A DNA stretch of 63,640 bases, counting the filler, from Globobulimina sp. (taxonomy: Eukaryota), in assembly GCA_003354225.1 (NCBI GenBank). It is 52 parts of 52 records of this genome, joined end to end, with 100 filler letters (N's around TTAATTAATTAA, not from the genome) between each part and the next. Parts side by side here need not be neighbours in the genome. Positions count along the whole stretch, not along the records: positions 23,304 to 24,429 come from PIVH01022861.1; positions 24,530 to 25,655 come from PIVH01022862.1; positions 25,756 to 26,881 come from PIVH01022863.1; positions 26,982 to 28,107 come from PIVH01022864.1; positions 28,208 to 29,333 come from PIVH01022865.1; positions 29,434 to 30,559 come from PIVH01022866.1; positions 30,660 to 31,785 come from PIVH01022867.1; positions 31,886 to 33,011 come from PIVH01022868.1; 44 more parts are not named here. One strand, given 5' to 3'. This document shows positions 23,304 to 34,729 of this stretch, piece after piece. Both the position numbers and the translations under genes were made by a program. A model generated the notes under the pieces. That model was not told the origin of the DNA. It worked only from the letters and a program-made list of their open reading frames with translations, and did not search any database. The first letter of the stretch is position 1. Each line of letters opens with the position of its first letter.

Positions 23304-24360
23304 ACATTTTGCGTCATCTTCATTTACGTTCTTATCGAGTTTATTTTGTATGTGTCCAGCTGTTTTATATTGTGTTAAAAATATGAAAAAAATTAAGAGA
23401 ATCGAAAAGACCGATACCATATAACATCATTTTAAATCTCTCAAATAACATATGATCCTTTTTTGATCTCAATTTCATATATCTGATCAACAATGTTATA
23501 GTTTACAACACAAAAATTAATATATATTTAATTCAATGTATACTAAACATTTCTTTTGCATCTAAACCAAATGCATCAAAATTTCCGTCTTTATCCAATA
23601 AAATGATTGTTTTAGGTTTTATAGCATCTCTATATTTATCTGAATTCCATTTATTGTGAATATATACTTTTTCACCAACAGCATATGCTAAACCTATATC
23701 ATATTAACAATTTTTAACAGTTGTCAAGGTTGCTTTTGGTTTTTGGTTTAAGGAAATACCAAAAGAACTAGATCATGTTCATGTTAGTATGTCAAAATCT
23801 GTTTATAATTGTTGCAGAATTAATATACATTGTCTTTATATGGTATAATCTCAGATTCTAAAACAATCATATAACAGATTTGAAAAACTCTGTCGGAAAA
23901 ATAAATTGATAATTACAAAAAATTGTTACTGCATGGTCTGGGTTTTTGGCGGTATTAATATTCCTGTTTCATGATATTAATTCATTTAATAAAGCACATG
24001 TGTGTAAAATTGCATGGTCCCTTTCTGACAGGCATTTTAAAAACACAATAATCGTCATCAAAAACAAAATATGATTTATAATTATTACCAGTTAACCAGT
24101 ATAACACAATATATCCTATGTGCTATGTCCATATTTTGTTTTTGATGACGATTATTGTGTTTTTGAAATGCCTGTCACAAGAAACGGAGGCCTACTGTTT
24201 ACCGGGACAACAATAAGTATTTTACTCACAATGTCATAAACAATTCGCTTCATCATATCATACCTAATCCGTCTGTCCCAAAATCAATTGCTATATGCAA
24301 TTCGAATCCTGCATCATTTTGTGGTGGTTTTGCGAAAATTGGCGTTGCTGATTGTGTCAT
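23304..24360 (-). CDS. HSPA12-like Hsp70/actin-fold ATPase, N-terminal part; exons 24360-24264, 23693-23549, 23482-23418, 23359-23304
   Basis: Spliced LHIAIDFGTDGLGLAYA...KPKTIILLD...AFGLDAK...LFERFKMMLY; absent from ORF track. Confidence 0.85.
24026..24177. mobile_element. MITE-like foldback (48-bp arms, 1 mismatch, 56-bp spacer) inside intron 1 of the HSPA12-like gene
   Basis: Arms 24026-24073 and 24130-24177. Confidence 0.85.
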
Positions 24361-24554
24361 TGTCACACTATATATTAGTAATATTACGAAAACTTCTTTG
24401 AGCAGGAGCCGGCAGTGTGAAGATTACTTNNNNNNNNNNNNNNNNNNNNNNNNNNNNNNNNNNNNNNNNNNNNTTAATTAATTAANNNNNNNNNNNNNNN
24501 NNNNNNNNNNNNNNNNNNNNNNNNNNNNNATAATCTGTAAAAAACTGTAAATTC

Positions 24555-24647
24555 AAAGAGTTTACAGTAAAAAACAGTAATTTCAAACTGAAAAGCAAAA
24601 AGTTAAATGTTACCTTTAACATTTTATTATTAACCTATTTTCCTTCC
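24555..24647 (-). repeat. Second copy of the 93-bp dispersed repeat (see 233..325)
   Basis: Exact reverse-complement match. Confidence 0.93.
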
Positions 24648-24793
24648 GTTTTTTCTCTTACAAAATAAATTTTTACGATAAAGCTGCATGATTTATTTAT
24701 TTAAATAGGTTTTAGCTAAAAAAACGTTTCACTGAACCAGTAATTCAGCTAGACATACATATAAATCGACACAGAGAAGACAGCGCAAACCCA

Positions 24794-25655
24794 ATGAGTC
24801 TGATGAGCCGGATGCAAGCTGGTAATCCGAAAAAATGGAAGGCTGATATCGATGCAGCAGTGGAGATAATAGATGACAGATTATATTTTACAATGACGAA
24901 ATCGCCACGAAACACAGACAGAATTCACATGTTTTCGATAGATCACGCATTAAGATACGAACCATTCTTTGTAGATTTTGGCCCATTAAACCTAGCATGT
25001 CTCTATAAATTTTGTAAATTAATGGAACATAAATTACAAGACAACAAGTATAAAAATTGCAAAATATATTATTATTGTGATCGTACACCACAAAGATTAT
25101 CGAATGCAGCGTTTTTAATTGGTGCCTATCAAATTATTGAGTTACACAGAAATCCACAAGAAGCATATCAAAGAATTAAACCGTTCGGTATGTACTGCGA
25201 ATTTGCGTAATAAGTTGCAGAATATACAAATATTAAATATAAATAACATATAAATAGCTGAGAAAGGGGTTCCTTTTCGCGACGCCTCAATGGGTTTATG
25301 TACCTATCTCGGTTGTAATGTAAAACATTGTTTGTATGCCATAGATAATGGAATGAAATGGAATTACATTAATTTTGAGACATTTAAAGTGGATGAATAC
25401 GAGCATTATGAGCGCGTAGAATGTGGTGATTTAAATATATTGATCCCAAATAAGTTCATAGCCTTCGCAGGCCCTTATTTTAAGGAATTTGATGAAGAGG
25501 GATATCCTGCCCTCACTCCTGATTTTTATATACCAATTTGGAGGAAATTCAAAGTCACCGCAGTCGTGCGATTGAATAAGAAATGTTACGATAAGCGCAT
25601 ATTTACCAAGGCAGGCTTCGACCCTCATGACCTATATTTTATTGACGGTACGACG
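24794..25655 (+). CDS. CDC14: Cdc14 dual-specificity phosphatase, 3' partial, intron 25188..25257
   Basis: YEPFFVDFGPLNL, NAAFLIGAY, PFRDASMG, EYEHYERVECGDLN, VVRLNKKCYD, DLYFIDG. Confidence 0.96.
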
Positions 25656-25761
25656 NNNNNNNNNNNNNNNNNNNNNNNNNNNNNNNNNNNNNNNNNNNNT
25701 TAATTAATTAANNNNNNNNNNNNNNNNNNNNNNNNNNNNNNNNNNNNNNNNNNNNCTTGAT

Positions 25762-26283
25762 TTGCATAATACACAACAACGCACACAACAAAAACAAAGA
25801 GAAAAGGAAAAGGAAAACAACTCTCGCCATTCGATGATATATTGTCACGCCAATGAAATCAACAATTTATCACCAATCCAAACACCCAAATCATACCAAA
25901 AAGCACCAGCACCATATCCATATCCAACATATCCAACGGAGAAACCTAAAAAAACAAAAAGGGAAAATAAAATGGATAAAAGTCGCTTGGATCAATTATT
26001 GCGAATTCAATCAGGAAATTTCAAATGCGATAATCGGAAAAATGGGAATAAGAATGAGAAGAATAATATGTATTCATCGGCGTCATTGACTCATTTGAAT
26101 AGAAACAAATATGATGAATGTATTCGGAGAGTTAAATCCGAGAAAAATATTCAAAGACTGTCTGTTTATGATATCGATACATTGAATTTAGGACTGTCTT
26201 TTCCTGAAACTGATGAGGATGACTTATCTGATGAAGAAAATGAATTATTGCTAATACAACACCTTAATATGTTGCCGCAATAA
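25762..26283 (+). CDS. Hypothetical low-complexity protein, 5' partial
   Basis: Open frame only. Confidence 0.45.
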   Translation: MHNTQQRTQQKQREKEKENNSRHSMIYCHANEINNLSPIQTPKSYQKAPAPYPYPTYPTEKPKKTKRENKMDKSRLDQLLRIQSGNFKCDNRKNGNKNEKNNMYSSASLTHLNRNKYDECIRRVKSEKNIQRLSVYDIDTLNLGLSFPETDEDDLSDEENELLLIQHLNMLPQ

Positions 26284-27178
26284 AAACTAACTCATTTTAC
26301 TCGTTACACAGTGTCTATTTATTATTGTTATACTTTAATATTTAAAAACATATCCATTGGTGACCACCTAATTTTAATTTTGGTGATCATGATCCATCAA
26401 CTGCCAAAGTTGAAATCCGATTACCACAATCGGAAAAGTAGGTCACTGCTAGTTGTGATACAGGGGAAATGAAAAAGATCGTTGTTCAATTGGACCCAAA
26501 GCACATTTTTGATGAAATATAAATACTGAAACCAATCAGTATTTTCTCCATTACATTTATGGGTTAATTACGGTAAATTACCTAACATTAATTTACAAAG
26601 TTTCATCATTATGGAATTAATTACCATGGTAATTTTCTTTGAATTATAGTAATGATAACCAATTTCGTGTTTTCTTCTTGTGCCCGTTGAGACATGTTTC
26701 AAGCGAAAACTTTAAATCTGTACAAAAACATAAACTTCACTAACATTAGGGCTCAACAATCAGGTTCACGTCTATTACCGCCAAAAATCAATGTATCGAA
26801 TATTAGGAAAAATGGAATGACTATTTCGTTGTGCAAGAATAGCAACGATGCGTCAAGCGGCAGAATATTGGAATATGTTATNNNNNNNNNNNNNNNNNNN
26901 NNNNNNNNNNNNNNNNNNNNNNNNNTTAATTAATTAANNNNNNNNNNNNNNNNNNNNNNNNNNNNNNNNNNNNNNNNNNNNGCACAATCTGTTGATATAT
27001 GATTGGATGACTGGTTTATGGCGTTCATTGAAGTTTCATTGTGTGACATTCAGATAAAATTGAAGTTCTGAACATTTCCAAAACTTCACAACTGTATACA
27101 GCTGACATTCATAGCTAAAACTATTTACACACTTCCAAATCCCTACAATAAAACAAGCACTAGCCACGTACAACAAAC

Positions 27179-28085
27179 ATGAATAGCATTTTAAGCACAA
27201 TATTATTATTAAAAGCAATACATATGTCTGGAGCTGGAGCATATCAAGTTTCCCATTATGAATATGGTGATTGTATCTCAGGTGATGAATGGGGCTTAGG
27301 TCAGGCAGACAGCCCTGAAGCATGTGCGGCGCTATGTTTAGCATTTACAGCAGACTGTACTTATATTACGATGGATTTCGGTGGCACCGGCGGTTGTTAT
27401 TATGAACCAAGTTGTAGTGAATTTTTTTTTGAAAGTTTCATAATAACCGCAGACACAACAGTTTCCCATTATGAATATGGTGATTGTATCTCAGGTGATG
27501 AAACGAGCTTAGGTGTTGCAGACAGCCCTGAAGAATGTATGGCGCTATGTTTAGCATTTACAGCAGACTGTACTTATTTTCTGATGGATTTCGGTGGCAC
27601 CGGCAATTGTTATTATGAATCAAGTTGTAGTGAATGGGACCATGAAAGTTACATAATAACCGCAGACACAACAGCGCCGCCAGCCACTACGGCAGCAGCT
27701 ACCACAGGGGGTATTTTATTTTATTTTGTGTGTTTTTGAAAATTAATGCATGTGAATGTGAATGTGTTTTCTAGCTATTGTAGATTCTTCGGAGTCGGAG
27801 TCAGAGTCGAGCCGAAAAAAAAGAAAAAAAAAGACTCGATCATCCGCGTCCTCATCATCATCATATGATGCTGCATTTAGTGCGTTAGTCGGTGCTGAAG
27901 CTGAAACTGAAAATGTGGCCATGGATGAAGATGAAACAAAACGTATCGTAATAAGTCTCAGCGACAATGTAATTATGACTGGCTGGGTGTTAGTGATTGG
28001 ATTTGTATGTTTTCATGCCTTGTTAGCGTATTGTTATTGTTTTAGAAATAAAAAACAAATTACATCTCAAGATTTTATTAATTAA
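27179..28085 (+). CDS. Type I membrane protein with two tandem PAN/apple-like domains; intron 27711..27783
   Basis: Signal peptide, two 71-aa Cys repeats (SPEACAALC...C...CYY), Thr/Ser stalk, C-terminal TM after in-frame splice. Confidence 0.75.
27248..27673 (+). repeat. 213-bp intragenic tandem duplication
   Basis: GTTTCCCATTATGAATATGGTGATTGTATCTCAGGTGATGAA starts at 27248 and 27461. Confidence 0.95.
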
Positions 28086-28207
28086 TTTAGAATTATCTCT
28101 ATTATCTNNNNNNNNNNNNNNNNNNNNNNNNNNNNNNNNNNNNNNNNNNNNTTAATTAATTAANNNNNNNNNNNNNNNNNNNNNNNNNNNNNNNNNNNNN
28201 NNNNNNN

Positions 28208-29333
28208 CATCAGTTAATAGTGGCGGTGTATAAATGTTATAATTACAAATATATGAAAACAAATCAATTTCTCCAATTTCATATTTACTCAATTTCTCAA
28301 TGGCTGTGTCCAAAATAAATATAAACCATCTCCATTTATTCACATTTCGATTAAATAATAGAGATTGAATCATATCATATTTACAATCACTGTCCGTATA
28401 TAATATCAATGATAATATTTCTCCGTAATTCAACGGAGATCCATATAATACATGTTGTGAATGTTTGCGTTTCTCAATAACTATATCCATAATGGACGGA
28501 TATTTATTACTGTCGTTTAGATCAATTCTTTTTTCTTCAGATATAAATAATTCATTCTTATATCCATTATTTATCACTTCATAAATGAGAAAATCAATGT
28601 AATCCGGTTTAGCATGGACATTATAATTATTTTTCCCCTCCAATTTCTGCGCACATTGTTTCGCTTTGATTTGTTGTGTGTTGTTGGGAAATATTATTAA
28701 ATCGAATAATTTTGTTTTCATCATATAGTTGCAATATATAAATGGATTAAATGTTTTATGCAATAAATGTTGTTTGTAATTGATTTTTGGCGGATGAGTA
28801 AAGGATAAAATATGACATCGGTCGTCGTTGCCGTATCCATTTTGAATTATACACCTTTGATAGGCATAGCATTTTGCACCGTTTCTACAAATTGAAGTGT
28901 TTGGATGTTGTGTGGAAATCATGTGATTAAAGATTTTATTGTTATATTTATATTGTAAACAAAATGAATAATATTTACATTTTATTCCGTCGGTGCAGTG
29001 ATTGTTTGTAATTGCGGAGTGATGAAATATATTCTTTTTTGGAATTAGTGAATAATGATCCTTTGGTAAAATGAGACACATTAATACTGATTTATGGAAG
29101 ATCTGCAAACTATTTAAATCAGAAAAATCTGATAAAATACCAAAGCCATTGGCTTTCATCAATTCAGTCACATGGTAGCCATTTCTACGCATTTTTGCTT
29201 TTATTTCGTGTATTTTGGTGGAGCCGGTCACAAATGAATGTGCTAATCGGAATGTGCTAATCGACTTTAGTGAGAAAGTGATACACATGTACCGTACTTG
29301 TAAGCCATGCGGCTTGATGGCTGACTTGAAGGG
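28208..29333 (-). CDS. Cys/His-motif protein leading into a possible ADP-ribosyltransferase-like domain, partial
   Basis: Repeated C-x5-C...H-x4-HP units, then PLNYGEILSLILYT...WRWF..LD.AI.KL. Confidence 0.5.
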
Positions 29334-29683
29334 NNNNNNNNNNNNNNNNNNNNNNNNNNNNNNNNNNNNNNNNNNNNTTAATTAATTAANNNNNNNNNNN
29401 NNNNNNNNNNNNNNNNNNNNNNNNNNNNNNNNNGGAGCCCCCTCGACCAAAAACTGTGTTTTCGGAAACACGTTACTTATCTCGAAACGAAAAAGTTGAA
29501 CATGAATAATATACTATTAAAAACGAAAAACAGGGCAAGTAACATTAGTAACAACGGTAAGTGTCAACGAGTTCAATTAACAGAAAAGGTTTGCTATAGC
29601 TTTGTTTCGGGTAATTTGTAAATGCAGCAAAAAGTTATAACAAATGTATAACCAATCAGTGTTTTATAATGATTGTATTACAT

Positions 29684-30175
29684 TTATTTTTTAATCCAGT
29701 TTCTTAGATTATAACTTGAGGTCGTATTTTGACCTTGTTGTTGTTGTATATTTTTGATTATGTCAGATATCATCGGATAATTGTTCAAATTTTTATTTTT
29801 TATTTGCGAGTCAATACTTGTTATAAAATCTCCTTTCCATCGTTCCATGAATTTGTATGAGCGCCAGCTTGAATGTATTCTTCCAAAGCCATATCCCATG
29901 CAAATACATGACATACAAAGGGGCAGTGCCACCCGATAAAAATATTTATTTGTGACCTTTTTTTTCTCCATTTCAGATAATCTTTTCGTTACGTTCTCAA
30001 CTTTACTTTCAATTTGTTTGTGATGATATTTACGAGAAAGATAGCTGACCCATCCCATGCTTATTCCAGATGCAACGCTTACACCCCATATTAAATTCTG
30101 ATGTGTGTTGCAATAATTTGTCAACAAATCTACATTTGATTGATGCCGTGAGAAGAAAGTCGGTAATCTTGGCAT
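29684..30175 (-). CDS. Small two-TM membrane protein
   Basis: Complete ORF with two hydrophobic segments around a coiled coil. Confidence 0.65.
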   Translation of the reverse strand: MPRLPTFFSRHQSNVDLLTNYCNTHQNLIWGVSVASGISMGWVSYLSRKYHHKQIESKVENVTKRLSEMEKKKVTNKYFYRVALPLCMSCICMGYGFGRIHSSWRSYKFMERWKGDFITSIDSQIKNKNLNNYPMISDIIKNIQQQQGQNTTSSYNLRNWIKK

Positions 30176-30243
30176 GAGCCTGATGCGAAATTTCTGGATT
30201 TTACTTAATAAAAACCTGACTAGAAATATTCAAATTTAAGACA

Positions 30244-30559
30244 ATGGCTTCCTTAACAATGAGCATATTAACTTTGTTTATGATTATAATGGTATCAACT
30301 GAACACAGTCAAGACCAGGAGAAATTGGAGAAGCTACTAAAAAATGAGCGATTGCAATTCGAAGATATGATAACTTCGTACATTCCGATTGCTATGTTAA
30401 ACCCAGAAATCTGGCCACATGCACAGCTATCCATGGATGACCAATATGACTCTTATTTTAAATACCCGAGCAAAATGTCATTGAATTCGTTAGTCGGCTC
30501 GTTGGATGAAATTGAAATAATATTAAGTGAGAATGATATTGAATTGACTTCGCAATTAA
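30244..30559 (+). CDS. Secreted hypothetical protein, 3' partial
   Basis: Signal peptide; divergent from the previous gene. Confidence 0.6.
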
Positions 30560-30785
30560 NNNNNNNNNNNNNNNNNNNNNNNNNNNNNNNNNNNNNNNNN
30601 NNNTTAATTAATTAANNNNNNNNNNNNNNNNNNNNNNNNNNNNNNNNNNNNNNNNNNNNGTTCACCAGTTCAGCAGTTGTAGTTATTATATTCTGTATGG
30701 TATGCATCTGTAGATCATGTTTATGGAATGAGAAAAAAATCGCGAGAAAAAAATCGCGAGGTTCTGTGTGCGAGGATAAGAGTTG

Positions 30786-31250
30786 TTATTTTATTTCAGA
30801 TCCCATTAAAGAATCAGCCGACATTTCTAACAAAGTCAATTTATTTTGAATATCTGCCAGAAACATTTCAAAAGTTTCCAATTGCTGACATTTTTTATTT
30901 AATTTGGTACATTCTGATCTAAATATTTCGGCGTGATCTGCTGCTTTTTGTGCAATCAATGCAGTTGCCTGTGTTGTAGATTTAAGCCATTCCATATGCT
31001 CTTTTGAAGAGCGCATCATATCCATAACACGCGTTTCTATGCAAGTGTCAAATTCAATAAAATCAGAGGCAATTTGATCAACATCCTTTTGTACTGTTAA
31101 TAGCAACGATTCAATATTCGTAATTCCAACCTCTGAGTTTTCCTCAATTTGTTTGACTGTTTCTGATTTTGATCGATGTACTTTGGATTCTTGGTACAAT
31201 GTACTTGATTTTACTTCAACATTTACTTCCACATATTTTGGTTTTGACAT
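30786..31250 (-). CDS. BORCS6/BLOC-1-related coiled-coil subunit-like protein
   Basis: Complete 154-aa ORF; SKEHM...ECTKLN...LADIQNKLTLLE resembles the BORCS6 C-terminal helix. Confidence 0.5.
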   Translation of the reverse strand: MSKPKYVEVNVEVKSSTLYQESKVHRSKSETVKQIEENSEVGITNIESLLLTVQKDVDQIASDFIEFDTCIETRVMDMMRSSKEHMEWLKSTTQATALIAQKAADHAEIFRSECTKLNKKCQQLETFEMFLADIQNKLTLLEMSADSLMGSEIK

Positions 31251-31302
31251 GGTTTGTTATTATTTAAACCTGAAAACTTGCACTGTGACACACCTCTAAA
31301 AC

Positions 31303-31785
31303 ATGAAGAAGTATGCGCCAGGAAATAAAAAATCCAAAACGATAAATATTTACCCACATGTCAATCCATTCAGTGATGCACCTTACAATTTGTATGTCAT
31401 TTTAATATTTGTAATTTAATTTTAATAATTTTAATATTTGTATAATTGATACGTAGTCCAATTGGTCCATCCTCAATGGATTGGAGTGAACATTTCCCAG
31501 ATTCTTATCCCTCATTAATAAAATATAAGAAATTGTCAAATGAAGAGAAAGGAAAACTATGTAAAGTATCATTTGTCGATGTTGGATGTGGATTTGGTGG
31601 ATTACTATTTCGTCTCTCCGAATTATGGCCAAATAAACTTGGCATTGGTATGGAAATTCGTAAAAAAGCAGTTGGAATTGTACAAGAACGATTAAATAAA
31701 GCAAGGAAGGCACAGACAAATGGTTATTTATATAATAATGTGTCTGTAATCCATACGAATGTAATGAAATTTATAACGCATTATT
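31303..31785 (+). CDS. TRM8: tRNA (guanine-N7)-methyltransferase TRM8/METTL1, 3' partial, intron 31392..31456
   Basis: HVNPFSD, MDWSEHFP, FVDVGCGFGGLL, GMEIR, NVSVIHTNVMKF. Confidence 0.93.
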
Positions 31786-31974
31786 NNNNNNNNNNNNNNN
31801 NNNNNNNNNNNNNNNNNNNNNNNNNNNNNTTAATTAATTAANNNNNNNNNNNNNNNNNNNNNNNNNNNNNNNNNNNNNNNNNNNNATGGAACCTCATTTT
31901 AGAAGAATTTACTCAATAAAAACAATAAAAACAAGAAAAACAGCAAAAACAACAAAAACAATAAACAGAAACAG

Positions 31975-32763
31975 ATGGAACAAAGTAAAGAATACATGCA
32001 ATATGATGATGAGCGCAATGATTCGGACAATCTCCAATTGCAAAATAGTTATAATAAACATTATCATGTGTCAGAATTGCATTTAATGGCTGAAAAGTGC
32101 AACATAGCCACGATATGGATTTATGGCTTGGAGCGATTGATGGAATTAAACTCGTTGGGCGTGGATTTATCATTGATTCCGCGCTCTCAATTTAAGATAT
32201 CGTCGAAAGAATTGATGAATTATAGCAAGAATAAAGGATATAATTATTATAAATCGTCAGAAGAGTTATCTTCGTTCAAATTACATTTGGATGAAATAAA
32301 TGATGCGTTATATAATATTATCCAACAAATGCCATCCTCGCAAAGGGACATATTGATGGAACCGGAGGAGCATAAAATCAATGAAAATAATTATTTAATT
32401 AAAAAAATCAGACAGGATAAGAATGATTTGGATTATATATTGCATCAAGTCTCAAAAGCAAGATTTGATGTGAATAATGTGAAAAGATGGAGTTATATTT
32501 TAACGAGAATTGAAATCAATATCGGTGCCTATCAAATTGCTTTGAATAATCAGAAATATGTTAATAATGATATGAATAAACACGAAAGGAAAATATCACA
32601 GTCGTCTTCGGCTAATTATCATAGCAAATCACCGTTTACACTTCAACAGCAACATTCAAATTCGATTGCAAAATATCAAAGAAATGCCATTCTTAAAAAT
32701 CGATCACCGCGTTCACCAAATTATAATAATATTGTACAATCACCCAAATATGACTCTGTATAA
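31975..32763 (+). CDS. Hypothetical protein
   Basis: 262-aa open frame. Confidence 0.55.
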   Translation: MEQSKEYMQYDDERNDSDNLQLQNSYNKHYHVSELHLMAEKCNIATIWIYGLERLMELNSLGVDLSLIPRSQFKISSKELMNYSKNKGYNYYKSSEELSSFKLHLDEINDALYNIIQQMPSSQRDILMEPEEHKINENNYLIKKIRQDKNDLDYILHQVSKARFDVNNVKRWSYILTRIEINIGAYQIALNNQKYVNNDMNKHERKISQSSSANYHSKSPFTLQQQHSNSIAKYQRNAILKNRSPRSPNYNNIVQSPKYDSV

Positions 32764-33111
32764 CTAATAAGTTATAAAGTTTGGATTAATTAATTATTAA
32801 TTCGAGTACTGTACTGTTTTAATTTTGTTATATGTTTTTTTTATGTTTAATTTTTATATCTACTTTTTTTGTTGATGTACAATTAATATCAAAAATTGAA
32901 CCATCCCATCTCGTTTGGTAGCACTACCTATGACATTGCACTGATTCGCCACTTGTCGTACACGTTTTGGACCAATATTAAACATATTACCACGCGTGAC
33001 ATTGTGCAGAANNNNNNNNNNNNNNNNNNNNNNNNNNNNNNNNNNNNNNNNNNNNTTAATTAATTAANNNNNNNNNNNNNNNNNNNNNNNNNNNNNNNNN
33101 NNNNNNNNNNN

Positions 33112-34237
33112 AAGACTTGTATTTATTAAATCAGCGTATCTATTAATAAAATAATTTTTGTAATCTGTGTTGGTTAATAAATGCCTAAGTATTTGCACGT
33201 GTTTACAAGAATCATATTTTTCATGGCTCCCCAGCTAGCCAATCGACAATACAAGTATCAATTCTCCGTTCTGGTGTAACTATCCATCCCCATTCACCTG
33301 TTGGATTAATTTCGATAAAAATGTATTTAACATAGGTGATGGTACGGTATATTTTCCCGGATTACTTAACAAAAACATTGTATTATCAGGAACAATCCCT
33401 ATTTGCCCTTTGCCGATATCATGTCCCCAGCCATACACTTTGTGTTTGTTTGTTAATGCTAAACAATGTTGAAAACCACAACATATTTGAATAATAGTTA
33501 ACCTTTTTTGCGGAACTTTAAATTTAACCTTTTTTGGTACATTATCCGTTAAAAATTGATTAGCATTAACTTTAAAATTTTTACCCAAAGAATAAACATC
33601 GCCTTTATCCGTTAAAAATAACGAGTTGTATCTGCATAGTGCATACCAATATATATCATAACAGACTATATATCACTAAATATAAAGTGTGAAAATGCAA
33701 ACCTGCCACATTCAATTTGCACAATTTTTTCCTTTCTTTTTAAAATATTTTCAATTTTAAATGTGATTTCAACCGGATAGGTTGAATATGTTTGATGTGC
33801 ACAAATATCTGACGACTGAGTGCCTGCTTGCTTTGCTTTTAAATTTCCATACACGAACAAACGATCATCTTTTGTGTAAATAAAGGAATGATACGCACTC
33901 ATCCCATTCGATAATGTGGCTATTTCTAATTCTAAATCTTTAGCAGCTTTTGTTTGTTTATTCATACCATATTCGGTGATCAGTCTCCATTCAAATACAG
34001 CATAGTCACCGGACGACACACCACAATCACCACTCATGTTGCTGCCAACACTAAAAATATTATTTTGAACATCTAATAAAGAAAACCTCTGTTTCCCCAT
34101 ATAAATGTGTTGCAAATCAGTACCAGATATATATTGCGAAAATGCTTCCAATTCAGTCCATGATTGCAGCTCTCTGTCATTACCTAAACCTAATTCGCCA
34201 ACGGTTTGCTTGCCCCTTGCCCAGGCACTGTATAATT
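33112..34237 (-). CDS. RCC1-repeat protein, partial, intron 33632..33702
   Basis: FSVGSNMSGDCG, IVQIECGRYNSLFLTDKGDVYSLG (spliced), ICCGFQHCLALTNKHKVYGWG. Confidence 0.88.
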
Positions 34238-34339
34238 NNNNNNNNNNNNNNNNNNNNNNNNNNNNNNNNNNNNNNNNNNNNTTAATTAATTAANNNNNNN
34301 NNNNNNNNNNNNNNNNNNNNNNNNNNNNNNNNNNNNNCA

Positions 34340-34729
34340 ATGTATGGATATTCAATAATTAAAGATATATATTTAAGTAAAGAGAATAGTATCAAATTCA
34401 AGGTAATTCAACAATTATTCCCAATATTAACAACTATTTATATTACTCGTATTGATAAAATAGAAAATAAGAGGAATGGTTTTCAAACAATTGCATCAAT
34501 ATTAATAACAGATGGATTTTTATTGCAAATATTATCGTATTTATCAAATAAAAATAATACATGGAAAGGGATTAATATTGGTCATCCAAAAAATAGTATG
34601 AAATCATTAAAGGAATTAATAAATAAACATTCAATCAAATATGCTAAATATAATTATAAATTAGAGATTAAACAAAATAATCATCCTCGATATGGTAAAT
34701 TTCCTTCTTTTCGCGTGAGTCCATTGTAA
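34340..34729 (+). CDS. Hypothetical protein C-terminus
   Basis: Open frame from contig edge. Confidence 0.45.
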   Translation: MYGYSIIKDIYLSKENSIKFKVIQQLFPILTTIYITRIDKIENKRNGFQTIASILITDGFLLQILSYLSNKNNTWKGINIGHPKNSMKSLKELINKHSIKYAKYNYKLEIKQNNHPRYGKFPSFRVSPL

